From contig JASANG010001402.1 of NCBI GenBank assembly GCA_030248215.1, forward strand, positions 310,001 through 374,000: a DNA stretch of 64,000 nt, written 5' to 3'. Below, piece after piece: positions 63,518 through 64,000 of this stretch. A program made the position numbers and the translations under genes. This DNA is from Enoplolaimus lenunculus. Its lineage: Eukaryota. Position 1 is the stretch's first letter, and each line of letters begins with the position of its first letter. Under the pieces are notes generated by a model. The model had not been told where the DNA came from, did no database searches, and was given only the letters and a program-made list of their open reading frames with translations.

Positions 63518-64000
63518 CGAAAACCCACAAATCGCCAGTGCAACACAGCGCAGCATATTGCGATACAACAAAAAATACAAATGCTTCTGCAACAACTGCA
63601 GCAACAACCACAACTGAAACAACAACAACAACAGCAACAGAAACAACAACAGCAGCAACAGAAACAAACGCAAACACTTCGATGACCGAATCAGAAAGTT
63701 GTTCAGACACACTATGCACGTCTTCATTTGTATCATTCGACGACAATTGCGAATGCTCGCCTTTCGCCTGTCAACACCTAGCACCACTCCAAAGCGGAGG
63801 CCACGCCCCCAGCCGTAGCTTTTCTTCTACCCATCTCGGCGGTGCTTACCCCCTGTCGTTCGAACGAAGGCCGAAGCCGGAACCAACGCTTTCTGGTAAC
63901 ATTCTGGCTGCCAGTTTTTCCGGTTCCGCGAGTAACACAAAATTCAACAGCGAAAGCCTAAAAGCCGAAACTCTCACCGATATTCAACTTCCAGACCATG
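63518..64000 (+). CDS. Single-pass membrane protein, exon 6 (Thr-rich; runs off the window)
   Basis: attttag acceptor, phase 1; KTHKSPVQHSAAYCDTTKNTNASATTAATTTTETTTT... open to the window end. Confidence 0.75.

Noticed and set aside
60872..63787. Antisense ORFs over the large exons (and alternate-frame ORFs within the MFSD8 genes)
   Set aside because: Shadow frames of real coding sequence.

Overview
AT-rich, intron-rich eukaryotic DNA, very probably a nematode: TTAGGC repeats are abundant and several 3' splice sites read TTTTCAG. The species cannot be determined. Hand splicing gives seven protein-coding genes: (1) the 3' end of a membrane protein gene (+, 277-1920); (2) a 2-exon group III (bee-venom type) secreted phospholipase A2 (-, 7755-4684); (3) an unrecognised 3-exon secreted protein (+, 16177-17928); (4) a 4-exon RASL12/RASL11-like small GTPase (-, 26482-20831); (5, 6) two tandem intronless MFSD8/CLN7-like transporters (-); (7) a single-pass membrane protein with a tiny ectodomain and a very long disordered tail (+, 56819 to the window end). 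Almost everything else is short non-autonomous DNA transposons (MITEs). The dominant family, roughly 45-50 full or partial copies by eye, has GG-terminal inverted repeats (TIRs), 8-bp target-site duplications (TSDs; Merlin-like) and internal TTAGGC arrays. Other notable structures: a 53-bp satellite expanded inside a nested MITE, a 182-bp tandem repeat copying the PLA2 exon end and splice donor, a probable gene-conversion tract between the MFSD8 paralogues, and piggyBac-like MITEs carrying a tRNA-like Pol III promoter. I recognised no transposase, rRNA, intact tRNA or CRISPR array. Most short ORFs in the supplied track are repeat-derived noise.
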